The notes: a model not told the origin generated them from the letters alone. A DNA stretch of 64,000 nt from Plasmodiophora brassicae (GCA_036867785.1 CP145426.1:496001-560000), one strand, 5' to 3'. Shown: positions 37,532 to 50,400, counted from the first letter of the stretch. Made by a program: numbers and translations.

Positions 37532-39897
37532 ATGACGACGTCAACATCGCATCGGCGTCTGCAGCACATCGCGAGCAGCAGCCATGTCGGCACGTCGGCG
37601 ACGGCCAGTGCGTCGCCGGCGTCGCTGTCGAACAGCATGTCGACCGATGACCTGCGCCGCCTCATACAGGCGCCGCCCAAGTTCGACGTGGCGCGCCTGA
37701 AGCATATCCTCGATCATGTCCGTACTCGTGTGTCGGTGCGGTGCCTGCGCCCCCGAGGTTGCTGACATGATCTGGACGCGTGTCAGGACAACCACGAGAT
37801 GCGCGATTCGCTTCGTGAATTCCTGCGCCAGCCGTTATTCACGCCGCGGTACCACGTGTCGATGCGGTTCGAGCGCGAACTGGCCCTCGAGCGTCTCCAG
37901 CGCCTCTGTGACGCCGGCTACATATCCGTGCTGGATTTCTGGAAAGACCCCAGGCGCATCTTCGCGGCGCACGAGATCGGTGGTATCCCGGACGGCAGCT
38001 GTGCCACCAAGATGACCGTCCAGTTCAACCTGTTCGGCGGCACCGTCCTCAAGCTCGGTAGGGCCGTACGCATCGCTTTGGGCCAGCAGCAGTGCACCCA
38101 CGGCATTGTCGATAGGGACGAAACGTCACCATGACGCCTACGTGAAGGGCATCGACAATCTCAGCGTGCTTGGGTGTTTCGGCCTAACCGAACTGGGCTA
38201 CGGCAACAACGCCGTCGAGATGGAGACTACGGCGACGTACGACACCGAGACGCAGGAGTTCATCGTCAACTCGCCGACACCGCTGGCCCAAAAGTACTGG
38301 ATCACGAACTCGGCCGTCCATGCCAAATGGTGCGTCGTGTTCGCCCAGCTGTACGTTGGCGGCAAGCACCACGGCGTGCATGCCTTCGTCGTTCGCATTC
38401 GCAACGAAGACATGTCCGTATGCCCCGGCGTACGCATCGACGACATGGGTCACAAGATCGCCCTGAATGGCGTCGACAACGGCAAGCTTCATTTCGAGCA
38501 CGTTCGGATCCCCAGGGAGAACCTGCTGAACCGGTACTCGGATGTGTCGCCTGACGGCGTATTCACCAGCGAGATCCCCAAAATTCGTGACCGCTTCCTC
38601 AAGGTCGCCGATCAGCTTCTCAGCGGTCGTATCTGCATTGCTTCGATGCTGATTGGTGCCTGCAAAGTTGCCGTCGCTGTAACCCATGTCGCACGCTGTG
38701 GTAGCAGTTCCCGGTTCTGACACAGGTGTCGCACAGGTTGCTGTTCGCTACTCTGCGACCCGATTGACGGTCGGTCCATCCGGTAAATCGGACACACCGA
38801 TTCTGCAGTACCAGCTGCAGCAGCGCGCTCTGATGCCACTGCTGGCTCGAATATATGCGCTTAACATCGCCCTGAACTACGTCAAGGACCGGTATGCCCA
38901 TGTCGTTGGCGACAGCAGCGACCACCAGGACATCGTCATTCTTTGCTGCGCCGTGAAGCCGATAATTGCATGGCACAGCGAGCGGTGCGGTACCATCTGT
39001 CGTGAGCGTTGCGGAGGGCAGGGATTCCTGTCTGCTAACCAGATAGGCAACGTGATCGGATTCGCACATGCGGGCATGACCGCAGAGGTATTGAACCGGC
39101 GTCCCAATTTATCGTTCACGCGAACCGTTCTCCGTTTCAGTGTTTAAATACCTCATTTGGGGGTCAAAATTTAATCGGCCACTCCTCGTCAGGGGTAGTG
39201 ACTCTCATTTGCAGGGTGACAACCGCGTTCTTTGGCAAAAAGTCGCCAAGGAAATTCTCGATCGTGTCCAAGCAGGAAAACATGGATTCGGAAAGCCGGG
39301 GAATCATCCGCTTTCCGGTGAGTGACATTCTTTGATGACCCGGGTGTCGTGGAACGTGACCTACTGATGTTGACGTCAGGTTTACTGGTCCGCCGTGAGA
39401 AGTTGCTGCTGAAACAATTGATTACGGCAATGGCGGCCGCGGGATCGTCCCCGTCGAACCAGTTCAATGTGTGGATGAAGAAGGAATCAGACACAATCCA
39501 GTCGCTAGCCCTGGCTTACACGGAGCGCATTGTTGATGAACAGTTCGAGATTGTCATCCAACAGTAGGTCCCAGCGCTGCAGGCGGCTGCAATGGTTTGC
39601 TCACTTTGAAGTGTTTGTAGGGAATCTGGCGAGTCAGCTTCGATACTGTCCACCATTCGTTCTCTCTTCCTGCACGACTGCGTTGAAAGCAACCTGTCCT
39701 GGTTTATTTGCAACGGATTGGTGTCGCCTACCGAAGGGTTAGCGGTGCAATCGGGTGCCCGCTCTCTGTGTTCTGCATTGGGGAACGTATCTCTGGCTCT
39801 CGTCGAAGGGTTCGGGATTCCCAGTCATTTGCTATCGGCACCAATTGCCCAAGACTGGGTCCGCTACAATGTTGGGCCAAATAATGGAGAGCTCTAA
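37532..39897 (+). CDS. ACOX: Peroxisomal acyl-CoA oxidase, multi-exon (start 37532 or 37637)
   Basis: [86 protein letters not shown]. Confidence 0.92.
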
Positions 39898-40459
39898 GTG
39901 CGTCGCCCTATGCTGGTTGTAGTACACACCGAATTTTGAATCCTATATATGGACCGTGATTTGTGAAACATCGAAAGATTAAGGTCTCGCTTAGATATTT
40001 ACGGTATTGAAACATATGCTCTGTAAGACTTTGAGAAGAGCAATACAGGCGCGCAATTCTAAATTTTGAAGTTGCTCTACGTCGTCCAAAATTTGGGCCT
40101 AATTGCGTCAGTTTCTCGTTTGCTGCAAAAAGCGACTGCTGGTAGCTCCGATGGGCGAACAAGTTCACAGCGGAGCCAATGGTCATGACCTTCATGACAG
40201 CCAGCCCCGTAAAGCAATTCTCACCGCCCCTGGAACAGATGCACACACTGACCTCGGTGGTTGCCACGCAGATGCTTCTTTGAGCGAGAACCTGTGAAGA
40301 AAGCCCAATTTCACTGATGACCAACGGCGGATGGCAGTTGAGTCCCTGATGACCTTGCAGAGGTACCCAGCAGTTCCTGAAACGCTCCTCTACCGTCCCA
40401 AGGAAGTTTGATGTGCGATCGTGTGATGACTGAATAAATCCCGAACCCCGCGACGGACT

Positions 40460-40690
40460 TCGCCCGCCCGTGTGGGAAACTGGATGACCGTCTGCTGGGA
40501 CCATTCCAAGTTGTTCGCACAGTTAACCCTGTCGCATACGAAAAGTGAAGCTGCCTCCTACCTCGCGCCTACATAACGTCTTCCATGTGTCACAGCTGGA
40601 ACCGTATACGCCTAATGTCCTTCCGCATCGCCAACAGCCACCGCCGCCGCCCATTGTATTGGAAGATGACGACCAGCCCCTGTAGCCCAT
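40460..40690 (+). mobile_element. Degenerate Ty3/Gypsy integrase C-terminal relic
   Basis: KLDDRLLGPFQVVRTVNPVAY..LPPTSRLHNVFHVSQLEPY..PPPPPIV (GPY/F module), disrupted by frameshift and stops. Confidence 0.75.
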
Positions 40691-41478
40691 TCCTAGCTTG
40701 GACGTGCGCTGGCAAGCCATGAACCACAATCATGGTCTTTTTTCAAACAGGCAAAACCCAGAATCACGGTCTTTTTGTGAAACGGTATCCTTGAATCCGT
40801 CAGATCTGAACAGATCTAAAATCAGCCCTCTCAAAATAGTGTTCGGACTCCGAAAACGCCCTCACGACATTAAATAGAGGTCCGGTTTGTACCCTAAATA
40901 GGTCTGCATTGCTCTTCGTGCCAGCAGTCGTCGTCCTGAGGTCCTGGCGGATTCTGGTCAGCATGCCCGACAGGGAGGCTTCGAAAGGTTTCAATAATAT
41001 GCCTCGTTTTCACCCAAAATGGAGCTGCCGCGACGGGTGCCACGGACATTTTCACATTGCGGTTGCCGGCGAGCTGCTGAGGGACGGCAGTTGCAGACAT
41101 GGACGAGCCGGGGAGTGAAGGCGTATCGCAGCCGGATCCAAGACCACCTACGTCTTCCACTTCGCCATTATGTTCAGCTGTTTCCACTGAAAGAGCAGAT
41201 GTGCAGCAGGGGAAGGCGATAATGTATATCACCTTAAGCTCATGGTGAACGTGAAGCCGTATCAGAGCGCCCAGAAGGGAACCGTCCAGCATGTGGGCAC
41301 CAAGGAGGTCGTGTTTTGCAACCTTGCGGAATTTCGATCTGCAGTGTTCGACATGGCTGTCGAGTATGCCGATTGCATCGCTGTCAACACCGAGCATGGC
41401 TTCGTAGTTCGCCAGCAGCCGGTAAGCCTTTAAACAACCAGACACATCAAAGGGCGCGAATGCCAATCCAGTTAGATG

Positions 41479-41817
41479 CTAAGTACCTTCCGAGTAAGAC
41501 CAAACTCTGAAATAATCCTCCAAACAGTAGGAAATAATGCTGGCGTGCCATTCGAGCATGAACGCCTGTTGCGTTTCGTCTAGGAACGCCAGAGGATGAT
41601 CCGACACGTATCGAACAATCCACTGGCGATGACGGGTCTTCTCGTATCGACGAACCCACCGGCTGATCGTCGACTTACTTGTACGGTATATATGGGCGAT
41701 CCGGGGAATCGTGAACCCCAGGAAGAAATATGCATACACCGCATGCAGCCTAGTACTCACCGACGCGTGTTCCGCGTCAATCGCGGCACACAATCCTTCA
41801 CACAACGACAGCGACAT
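41479..41817 (-). mobile_element. Relic of an IS630/Tc1-like transposase N-terminal HTH
   Basis: HASVSTRLHAVYAYFFLGFTIPRIAHIYRTSKSTISRWVRRYEKT..HPLAFLDE; degenerate afterwards. Confidence 0.55.
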
Positions 41818-41915
41818 GTAATGCTATGAGTGGTGGCACTCGTCGCGGAACTGCGACGGGTTAATTAGGCGTCGCAGTTCCATTTCACCTGAGAATCGCA
41901 ATAACGCGCATTGCA

Positions 41916-42372
41916 TTGAGTACGGTCTCAAGATCATCGGCCGAGATCCTGCGACGCACAAGGTGTGCTCTGTGCGGTGCTTGTTCTGCGCCTTCTGTGG
42001 GCGCGAGGAGAAGGTTGGCGCGAAGCGCGCGCAAGAAGACGGAGAACGTCAAGTACTTCGATAAGTTCAAAGCGCAATACTACAAGCAGCACATCGCATT
42101 GCAGCATGCCAAGGAATGGGAAACATACCGCTTGCTCTCCAACGACGACAAGCTGGCGTACTTCGAGAACCGTCAAAACGTGCAGCACACCCTTGCTCGT
42201 TACTGTCTAGCTGAAGACTCGATCACGTTCCTGATCCACCGCCCGATTGTCGACGATATCGTCGGAGATCTCCTGTTCAACCGCAACGACGAGGACGTCG
42301 CGATGCCGTGCGAACGTGCTCTGGCACTGTTCCAGCTGCCAGACCGCGACGGAGAGTCTGTCGACGAGGCAG
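41916..42372 (+). pseudogene. Transposon-derived ORF relic split by the LINE; continues at 58681-~58770
   Basis: YKQHIALQHAKEWETY..IVDDIVGDLLFN..CERALALF..SVDEA rejoins across the TSD to DDSCYFVEINSL. Confidence 0.5.
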
Positions 42373-42549
42373 TTTAGTTAGTTTAGTTTAGTTTATTTGT
42401 GTTTCGCGCTTTTAACGCAGGCGCCTCGTTCTCGGATCCGAGGACCGTAGGGAGGCTCGCAGAACGCTCACTTTCCCCGACCTGGCAGAGCCGGTCTGTC
42501 ACCTCTGTTCTGGGGTCTTGCAGGGTGGCGGCTCCGGGGCGAGTCTAAG

Positions 42550-44482
42550 TGTGGAGAACTACCTGACAACGCTGGTGCACGACAGTGTGCGATGACTACC
42601 GATCACGCGGTGTATCGAGTAGACATGAGAATGCTGACTGAGGACCAGGGCGCGGCTGGTGAAGGCCTTGGTCTCGGAACGTGGCTTGGTGCCGGAAGGT
42701 GGCTAGATGCCGGAAGGTGAGTGGCGTGAGTCATGGTGGTGGAGATGACTCATGACATCATCCCCCGCCAAAAAGGGATGTGGGGGTGGAAGGTGCGCGT
42801 GATGAGCGGCTTGATGAGGTTGCGGGTCAAGTGAATCTTGATGGTGCGCGTGATGTGCGGCTTGATGTGATTGGGCTTGCTCGCAACTTGAGAACTGTGC
42901 GATCTGGCTGGAGACGCGGCTCATATTTGTTTCGGACTCGCAGAATCTGTGACAGGGTTCTGGAGTTGCGGGTGAGAGAAGTGTCGGGAGCTGCTTCGGA
43001 CCTGGATGTTGACACGTTCAGTGTCGGAGATGGCACACTTCTGGGCCATTGTTGAGTGTAAATTTGCTTGTCCGCGCTTGGGCGGCGATATCAATGCCGT
43101 GGACGTCAAGAAAACGAGTGGATGTGCATTCGTGGCGGTGATGCCGCTAGGTCTGTTCGATGGCAGTCGGTGATGTCGTTACCGTGGGCGATGCCGATGA
43201 CGTTGCCATATACGCTGGGACGTTCAGAGCCGGAGTGGCACATTCCTGGGCTGAGACTGATTGATGCGGATGATGAGGGTGGCGAGGAGCCGGTTGAAGT
43301 CGTTGAGTGGAGGTCGATGAGACCGATTGATACAGATGATGAGGGTGGCGTGGAGCCGGTAGGACCGTCGGTGATGTCGTTACCATGGACGATGGCGATA
43401 TCGTTGCCATATACGTTGGGATGTTCAGCGCCGGAGACGGCTGAGACCGATTGATGCGGATGATGAGGGTGGCGTGGAGCCGGTAGGACCGTCGGTGATG
43501 TCGTTACCGAGGACGATGGCGATGTCGTTGCCATATACGTTGGGATGTTCAGCGCCGGAGACGGCTGAGACCAATTGATGCGGATGATGAGGGTGGCGTG
43601 GAGCCGGTAGGACCGTCGGTGATGTCGTTACCGAGGACGATGGCGATGTCGTTGCCATATACGTTGGGATGTTCAGCGCCGGAGACGGCTGAGACCCATT
43701 GATGCGGATGATGAGGGTGGCGTGGAGCCGGTAATGCCGCTGGAGAAGACTTTGTAGAAAACTCTACCCAGGGCAGGCTAGGAGGGTCGTAAGAGGCGCC
43801 GTTCACTAGGGATCGTGAACGACGTGCAGATGTGGCTGACGGAAGATCTGCGCTTGTAGACAGTTGCGTCTGGAAGTTGAACAATAGAACTCGTGGAACC
43901 TCGGGAGATTCGCGGGCAGAGGTACCCAGTACGGTGAATGCGGAACGGGGGCGACGGCTGGAATGGTGCCGGTTGTTGTGCCGGAAGAGCGACTTCCATG
44001 TGGATGAAAGTCTCCCCGATGATGTCGGGTACCGGCCGGTGGATTTGCGTCCGGCGCGGATGGTACGGTTCTGAACCGGGGGTCGTGTTGATGACGGCGC
44101 TTGACGATATCCTGCATGGAGTCAGCGGGCGCATGCGGGTATCTAGCGTGTCGTGCATCGCGCTGTTGCTTGTTGGAGAGGCCGTGCTTGTCGGACCTCA
44201 ATGATCGCGCGGAAGAGGATATGGTTAGGAGCCCTTTTCTCCACCTTCGTGTCGGTTGGTTCATCGCAAAAAAATGTGGAGAACTACCTGACAACGCTGG
44301 TGCACGACAGTGTGCGATGACTACCGATCACGCGGTGTATCGAGTAGACATGAGAATGCTGACTGAGGACCAGGGCGCGGCTGGTGAAGGCCTTGGTCTC
44401 GGAACGTGGCTTGGTGCCGGAAGGTGGCTAGATGCCGGAAGGTGAGTGGCGTGAGTCATGGTGGTGGAGATGACTCATGACA
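42550..44482 (-). mobile_element. Non-autonomous LTR retroelement (TRIM/LARD-like, 1933 bp) inserted in the LINE 3' UTR
   Basis: Apparently identical 208-bp TG...CA LTRs (42550-42757, 44275-44482); TSD CTAAG (42545-42549, 44483-44487); minus-strand PPT ggcgggggatga next to the left LTR; no recognisable pol domains. Confidence 0.92.
43167..43732. repeat. 124-bp tandem repeat (about 3 good units plus a degenerate one) inside the LTR element
   Basis: Unit gatgcggatgatgagggtggcgtggagccggtaggaccgtcggtgatgtcgttacc...ctgagacc recurs at ~43329, 43453, 43577 and 43701. Confidence 0.9.
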
Positions 44483-44771
44483 CTAAGGGCTCATCGAGTC
44501 CTCCAAGGTTCGTAGGTGATTGGTCTTCCTCACTTCGGTTGACCGGCCTACACTACTGACGACATCCACCCCCCTGTGGGAGGTGGTCACCTTTTTACAG
44601 GCGCCCCTTCACCTTCCACCTGCTCAATTGACCCCCTATGGTCAGTCCTAAACGACACTTAATTTCTGGGCTGTCGGGCACCCATAGGACAAAGGCGGCG
44701 TTGCCTTGGTGGTGCAGCGCTTCTGCACCTTATAAACGTTGTTCTTCGGCCTTCGGCCTGTTGCTTTGTCA

Positions 44772-46550
44772 TTAGATGAATATGCATCGTTTGGATTTTG
44801 CAGATTTGAGTATTCTTGTCATTTCGTCTTCGTGCTTCCATAGAGTTTCTGCGAAGGAGTTTTTCCATAATCGTTCGTATGTTTCGCGCTCATGTTGTAG
44901 TTTGTGGCGTAGTGCAGTGCAGTGTACCAGTTGGTGTTCGATAGTCTCCTCAGCACTGTTGCAGTGCCTGCATTGGTCTGATTCTCCGGACATTGTTTTG
45001 TCAATATTGTGTAGGTGTTTACGCGCTGCACTGTGCCCGGATCGTGCTCTGTTGAGAAGTGGGTGCGTATGTAGCTTTCTGCTGTTGTACGCGATGTCCC
45101 ATGCGTCGTCTATGTATCGTTTTCGTTTCGGGTAGTCGTCCCACTTGCTGTCTTTGATGTTATTTGTTAGGTAGTCTTCTAGCCGCTCGGCTGCTAGTCG
45201 TCTTAGATGGAGTTTGTAGGAGGACAGGAGTGGTGTGTGGTTTACCCCACATTTTCCTTTCTTTGCTGCTCGCTTTGCGAGCTTGTCAATCTCCTCGTTA
45301 TGACCTATTTCCAGGTATTTGATCCTTTTTCTGCTATCCGAGTCTGTCTCCGAGTCGTCCTCGCTGCTTTCCTCAGTCAATGACGCATTTTGCGTAGGTA
45401 GTGAGTCGTGCGATGTGTTTGTGTTGTCCTCTTCTTCTGCCCTTTGGCCCGTGTGGTTCGTGCCGTCACTGGCTTTGCTTTTGTCTGCATCCGATGTTTG
45501 TGTTTGATTCCCCATCTGCGATCTGGGGTGGATTGGCGGGTTTTCGTAGTCTCGACTCGGGGATTGGTCAGTGACTGTTTGCCTGGGTGGATTTTCCCTG
45601 TCAGTGTCCGTGTTTACATACGACTCCGAGCATTCGGTCTTCTGTGAACTTGTGTCCGTATTTTCTTCATCTGGTTTTGGGACGTGGCTGGGGATGAAGT
45701 GTATGTGTACCTCGTTGTTATTCTCTATTAGGTTGGCCAGCTTGTCAGCATTAGCTGCGACCTCGTCGTGCACCCTTTTTGGCCTTGTTGGGAGCGATTG
45801 CAGCTGTTTGATCCACGATAAGGAGTCCGAGAAGATGTGTACTTTAGTGTCGTTGAAGTTCTCATCGATGGCGACGTCCAGTCCGCATCCTAATGCAATG
45901 AGTTCTGTTTCGTAGCTGGAACGGACGATGACCGGGCTTAAGGCGGTTTCTCTCACTGTTTCAGTGGGCGGGTACTCCCTATTGTCTATGACGAGCGCAG
46001 CTGCTCCTGCGTTCTCCCCGGGGGTCAGGCTTCCATCAGTCCATATTTCTATAGGTGGTTCTTGGGGTAGTAGCTCGTCTGTGAGGTGTTTTTCGATCGC
46101 TTCTGATCTAGAACTCGTGTGGAATTGCACCTGATAGAGTTTTTCCAGTGTCTGTTCACTTAGTTTTACTTTTGGATGTACTTCAGTGTACGATCTGGGC
46201 ATGTCCTCGTTGAGGGTCTTCCCCACTATTCCTAGGGGGCTCCATCCATCTCCCTCACCGTCCCAAGTGCTGTATTCTCTACCTAGCAGGGTGTCATTGG
46301 CAATTGCTGACAGGACTGTCATGGTAGCGCTTGTGCATATCGCGTCTCGTAATAGCGGAAATCCAGTCATTGCGTGTAGGAGGGGAATTGGTGTGGATCT
46401 GAACGCTCCTGAGTATGTCCTCATGTACTCATTGTAAGCTGTTTCTAGGGGCTTGATGGCACTTTTCATTTCTTTACCTGTTTCTGCCCCAAGTATCGGC
46501 ATGTAGTAATTTAGTTTGCCCCCGATGAATCCTTTGCATATTTGGTGGTA
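44772..46550 (-). pseudogene. LINE ORF2, 3' part: RT thumb, RNase H, CCHC finger
   Basis: GAFRSTPIPLL, IWTDGS, SSYETELIAL, IFSDSLS, IHFIPSHV...GHNEEIDKLAK, CRHCNSAEETIEHQLVHC. Confidence 0.88.
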
Positions 46551-47429
46551 CCACCACGGGAAGATGAATTTGCATGACGGGGACGAAATTTTTGCATGGC
46601 GGGGACATAATTTTTGCATGACGGGGAACAAATTGAAGGATGGCGGGGAACACAACGAATGGATGGCGGGGAAGAAATGCGTCGATGAGTGGCCCAAAAT
46701 AAATGGATCGGCTCGGGACGGACGAGCGGGCCCCCTCACTGTGTACCTACCGTACCGTTGCAGGACGACGTCACCAGAACAATGGCAGGGATACAACCGA
46801 TAACGGTAAGCGGATACCGTACAGTATCGCCGACGTACCTACCGTACCGTATTCTGACTTCATATCCCACGGTAGGTAGGAGGGTTGCAATCGTCGCAGA
46901 CGTCCGCTCGTAGGCGAGTCGGTCGTCCTGCGATGAACCCGGAGCGGATTCCTCGTTTGGACCCTACAATCGCGTCGGACCCTAGGCTCTGTGAAATCGA
47001 CTTTACGACACCGGTTGCAAGGATCCAGAACGCCGCTGAGCAACGCCGCCTGGAAGAACAGTGTCGAATCGCTCGCGAAAAAGCTCGGCAGCGCGCATAC
47101 CAGCAATTGCAGCAAATGGAGAGCGCTGCTGACCATGTTCGGGCTGTTGCTGACAGGGCGATCGACCGCATCCATCAAGTCGCCGACCGAAAACGACGCT
47201 TCGCTGACGAATTGGTCGAGTGGCAGGCCCGACTGTCGGCCGACGAAGTCGCTGTCGAATCTGTTCCAGAGCGATTTCGTAAGGCTCTTCTCCCGCGGAA
47301 GCCACACGTCGACGAAGACGAAGATCGTATTATGCATGCTCTTGACGGCAAGCGATCGCAGGTGGAGATCGCACGCTGAGAAGGACAATAATGAAGTGGA
47401 TGTATTACGTACGGCGTGTGCGGCGGACG

Positions 47430-50400
47430 TTACAGTGGCGACGTAGTCGCCGACGGTGTAACGGTTGCCAACGCCGGCGGGCACGGAGTCGCGGAGTGCG
47501 TGACGGCGTTCACGTGCTGCAGGCATGTGCTGCTGGTCGTAGTGGATACGTTGTTCGACACGCCCCCTCCAGCAGCACACGGCCTGGGACTTGTGTCGAT
47601 GATGCCGGCCAGGAGCAGGTTCGCATGATACGAGGTGCTGAGAGCGGGCTTCGTGAGGTAGTCTGCAGCCATCTCGGCGGACGGGCACTTGTGGACCACG
47701 ATCAAACTGGCCTCGACGGCCTCCCGGGTGTAGTGAAACTGCACCTCGATGTCCTTCGTGCGATCATCCATCCGACGATAGCCAGACCAGGCCTTCGCGC
47801 CTTGATTGTCCTCGTATACGATCGTCGGACTGGAGCGTGCGAAGCCGATTTCGGTCAGGAATGACCGGATCCAGGCCAGCTGGCGGGTAACAGCACACAG
47901 CGACTTGATCTCTGCATGTGTGGACGATAAGCTAACTTTGACTGCGCCCAGGTCTTGGCGACGTGACTGCCAGTGCACGGGGCCGCCAGCCAGCAGGATG
48001 ATGTGGCCGGAGCGCGACCGTCGCGTGTCAGGGTCGGATGCCCAATCAGCGTCGGCGTATGCGATCAGACGATCTTCGGGCTGGCGTTCGTATCGGATGC
48101 CGTGCGTCATGGTGCCGGCGAGGTACTTAAGAACGCGTTGCCCCGCACGCCAATGCTGGATGCCGGGATTCGAGGAGAATTGGGCCAGTACATTCGTTAT
48201 GTACGCGATGTCGGGACGGCATCGATGGGCGAGCCATGTCAGGCAGCCAATAAGTTTGAGGTACGGCTTGGTCGCCATTTCGTCACGGTCGAGGTCGCTT
48301 TGTGGACTCATTGTCGTTGATAGGTGAACGCCAGGCTGGTGCGGCGTGTCGACCGGATGACAATGCGACATGTTGAAGTCGCTCAACACCTTCTCGATGT
48401 ACTCGGCTTGGTCAAGGGTGATGGCGCCGGTGCCAGGTTCGCGGCGGATGCGCATGCCAAGCAGGGTCGACGGTTCACCTTGATCGGTGATCTCGGCCAT
48501 CGTGGAGAGCTTCTCGAGAACGGATTCCGCGAACGGGACGTCATTGTACGCCAGCAGACCGTCGTCGGTGTGCACCGACATGATCATGAACTTTCCATCG
48601 CGATCGTACCGGAAGACGCAGGGGTCCGCGATGATCGATTCGAATCCGAGTGATAACAGCATCTCCCGAAGCGTCTTGTACCAACGTTCGGCGCCTTGTT
48701 TCGTTCCATAAAGGGCCTTTTGCAGTTGACGAACTCGGTACGGGACGTGATGATCGGTGAAGCCATCCGGCTGACGAATGTAAACATCATGGAGCATGTC
48801 GGCGTTCAGGTATGCGGCCACCCAGTCGACCTGGCGAAGATGCAGGCCGTGCTGCGCCGCGAGCGCTAGGATAACGAGGAACGCAGTGGCACGGGCGGTC
48901 GGCGCGAACGTATCGTCGAAGTCGATGCCGGGGCGTTGTCGGAAGCCCTGAGCACAGAGTCGGGCGGTGAACTTGCGGATGCCACCGTTGCCACTGAGCG
49001 AGGACTTCACTCGGAACACCCACTTGGCGCCAACAGCGATCTTACTTTTCGGCAGGTCGATTAGCGGGCCGAACGTGTCCTTGGCGTCCAGTGTTGCCAT
49101 CTGGGTGACGGCGGCGTCCCACCAGTGGCCAGCGAAAGGTGATGAGAGGGCATCGGCCATTGAGTTGGGTACGGGAATGTCGGTCGCTTTCAGCTTCGAC
49201 AGGTCGGGTCGTGGTAGACGGGCTGGGTCGATCGGGGCGGATACCTTGGCTCGACATGCCTTGGCAGCTGCGCCGCGACATGTCGGACGGTTGGACCTGA
49301 TGGCCTGATCGATCAGACGGCGCTCCTCAACCTGCTGCCAATGCCGGATCAGTCGGCGGGAGCGACGAGGAGGGCGCTGTGTCGGGAACGTTAGGGTCGG
49401 ATTCTGGAACCAGGCGTCGACCGTCGAGGACCACCGTGTCGACGAACGATTGGCCGCCTCCGGCGCCTTCCACCATTCACCAGGCGGTTGACGACGACGA
49501 TTCGATCGGCGAGGGCGTGGCACGTCGATGACATTGTGGTCAACGATATCAGCAGCATCGGAATTGTCGTGGACGTCGGGGTCGGCAGCTTCGTTGGGAG
49601 AGTCGTTGCTGGACGCCGAACCTTCGTAGTCGGGATCATCTTCAGCGTCATCATCATCTTCGTCGGTGGATACGTCATCAGGAGACGGTGAGCGCGACGG
49701 TCGGACGATCTCGGAAGGCGATGACGCAGCGGCAGGTGACGGAGGCTCGGGAGGGGATGCTGCGAGAGAGGATGCTGACGTCGATGGTAGAGGTGCCATG
49801 ACGGCGTCGGAAGAGACGGGCGTCGGGACGATCGTGTCAACGTTCGGCGCAGAGCTCGACTCGGGACTGGACGGTGGCGCTGATGATGAACTAGCAGGGC
49901 TGGATCTTCCAAAGCCGAATGTGAACGAGGTCTCCAGGAACTCGGCAGTCGTGCTCTCGAACGTGTCTTCCCGGTCCACGTCGTAGAACCGCCAAGCCTT
50001 CATGCCGGGCGTGAAACCGATAAACACAGCGCGAACACGACGAGGCTCCAACTTGCTCGGCTTCTTCGTGGCTGGATGCGGTCGCATGGCATAGGCATCG
50101 CAACCGTAGACACGAAGGGCCGAGATGTTAGGTAGGGCGCGACGAGCAGCCTCGAACGATGTGCGACGCCCGGGAAGGACTGATCTGGGGTGGATGTTGT
50201 ACAGTATCGCAGAGTAGGACAGCGACCAGGGCCACGTGGAGTCAGGCATGCGAGAGTGGCACCGGATTGAGCTTTCGATACCGCAGAGCGTGTGGTTGAC
50301 GCTTTCAGCGCGGCCGTTCTGCTCGGGCGTGTACGGGACAGATTTGCGGTGCAGGATGCCGGACTCGTTGTAGAACAGGACGCACGCCTTGGAGTTGTAC

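Noticed and set aside
41847-41881. 12-bp-stem hairpin ggaactgcgacg...cgtcgcagttcc as a Helitron end
   Set aside because: No properly spaced CTRR terminus or Rep/helicase sequence nearby.
43167-43732. Tandem array as a CRISPR
   Set aside because: Whole units repeat with no unique spacers, there are no cas genes, and the context is eukaryotic.
46551-46796. N-terminus of ORF 44772-46796 and C-terminus of ORF 53741-54310
   Set aside because: These are chance read-through into transposon TIRs; the real LINE frame joins 54003 to 46550.
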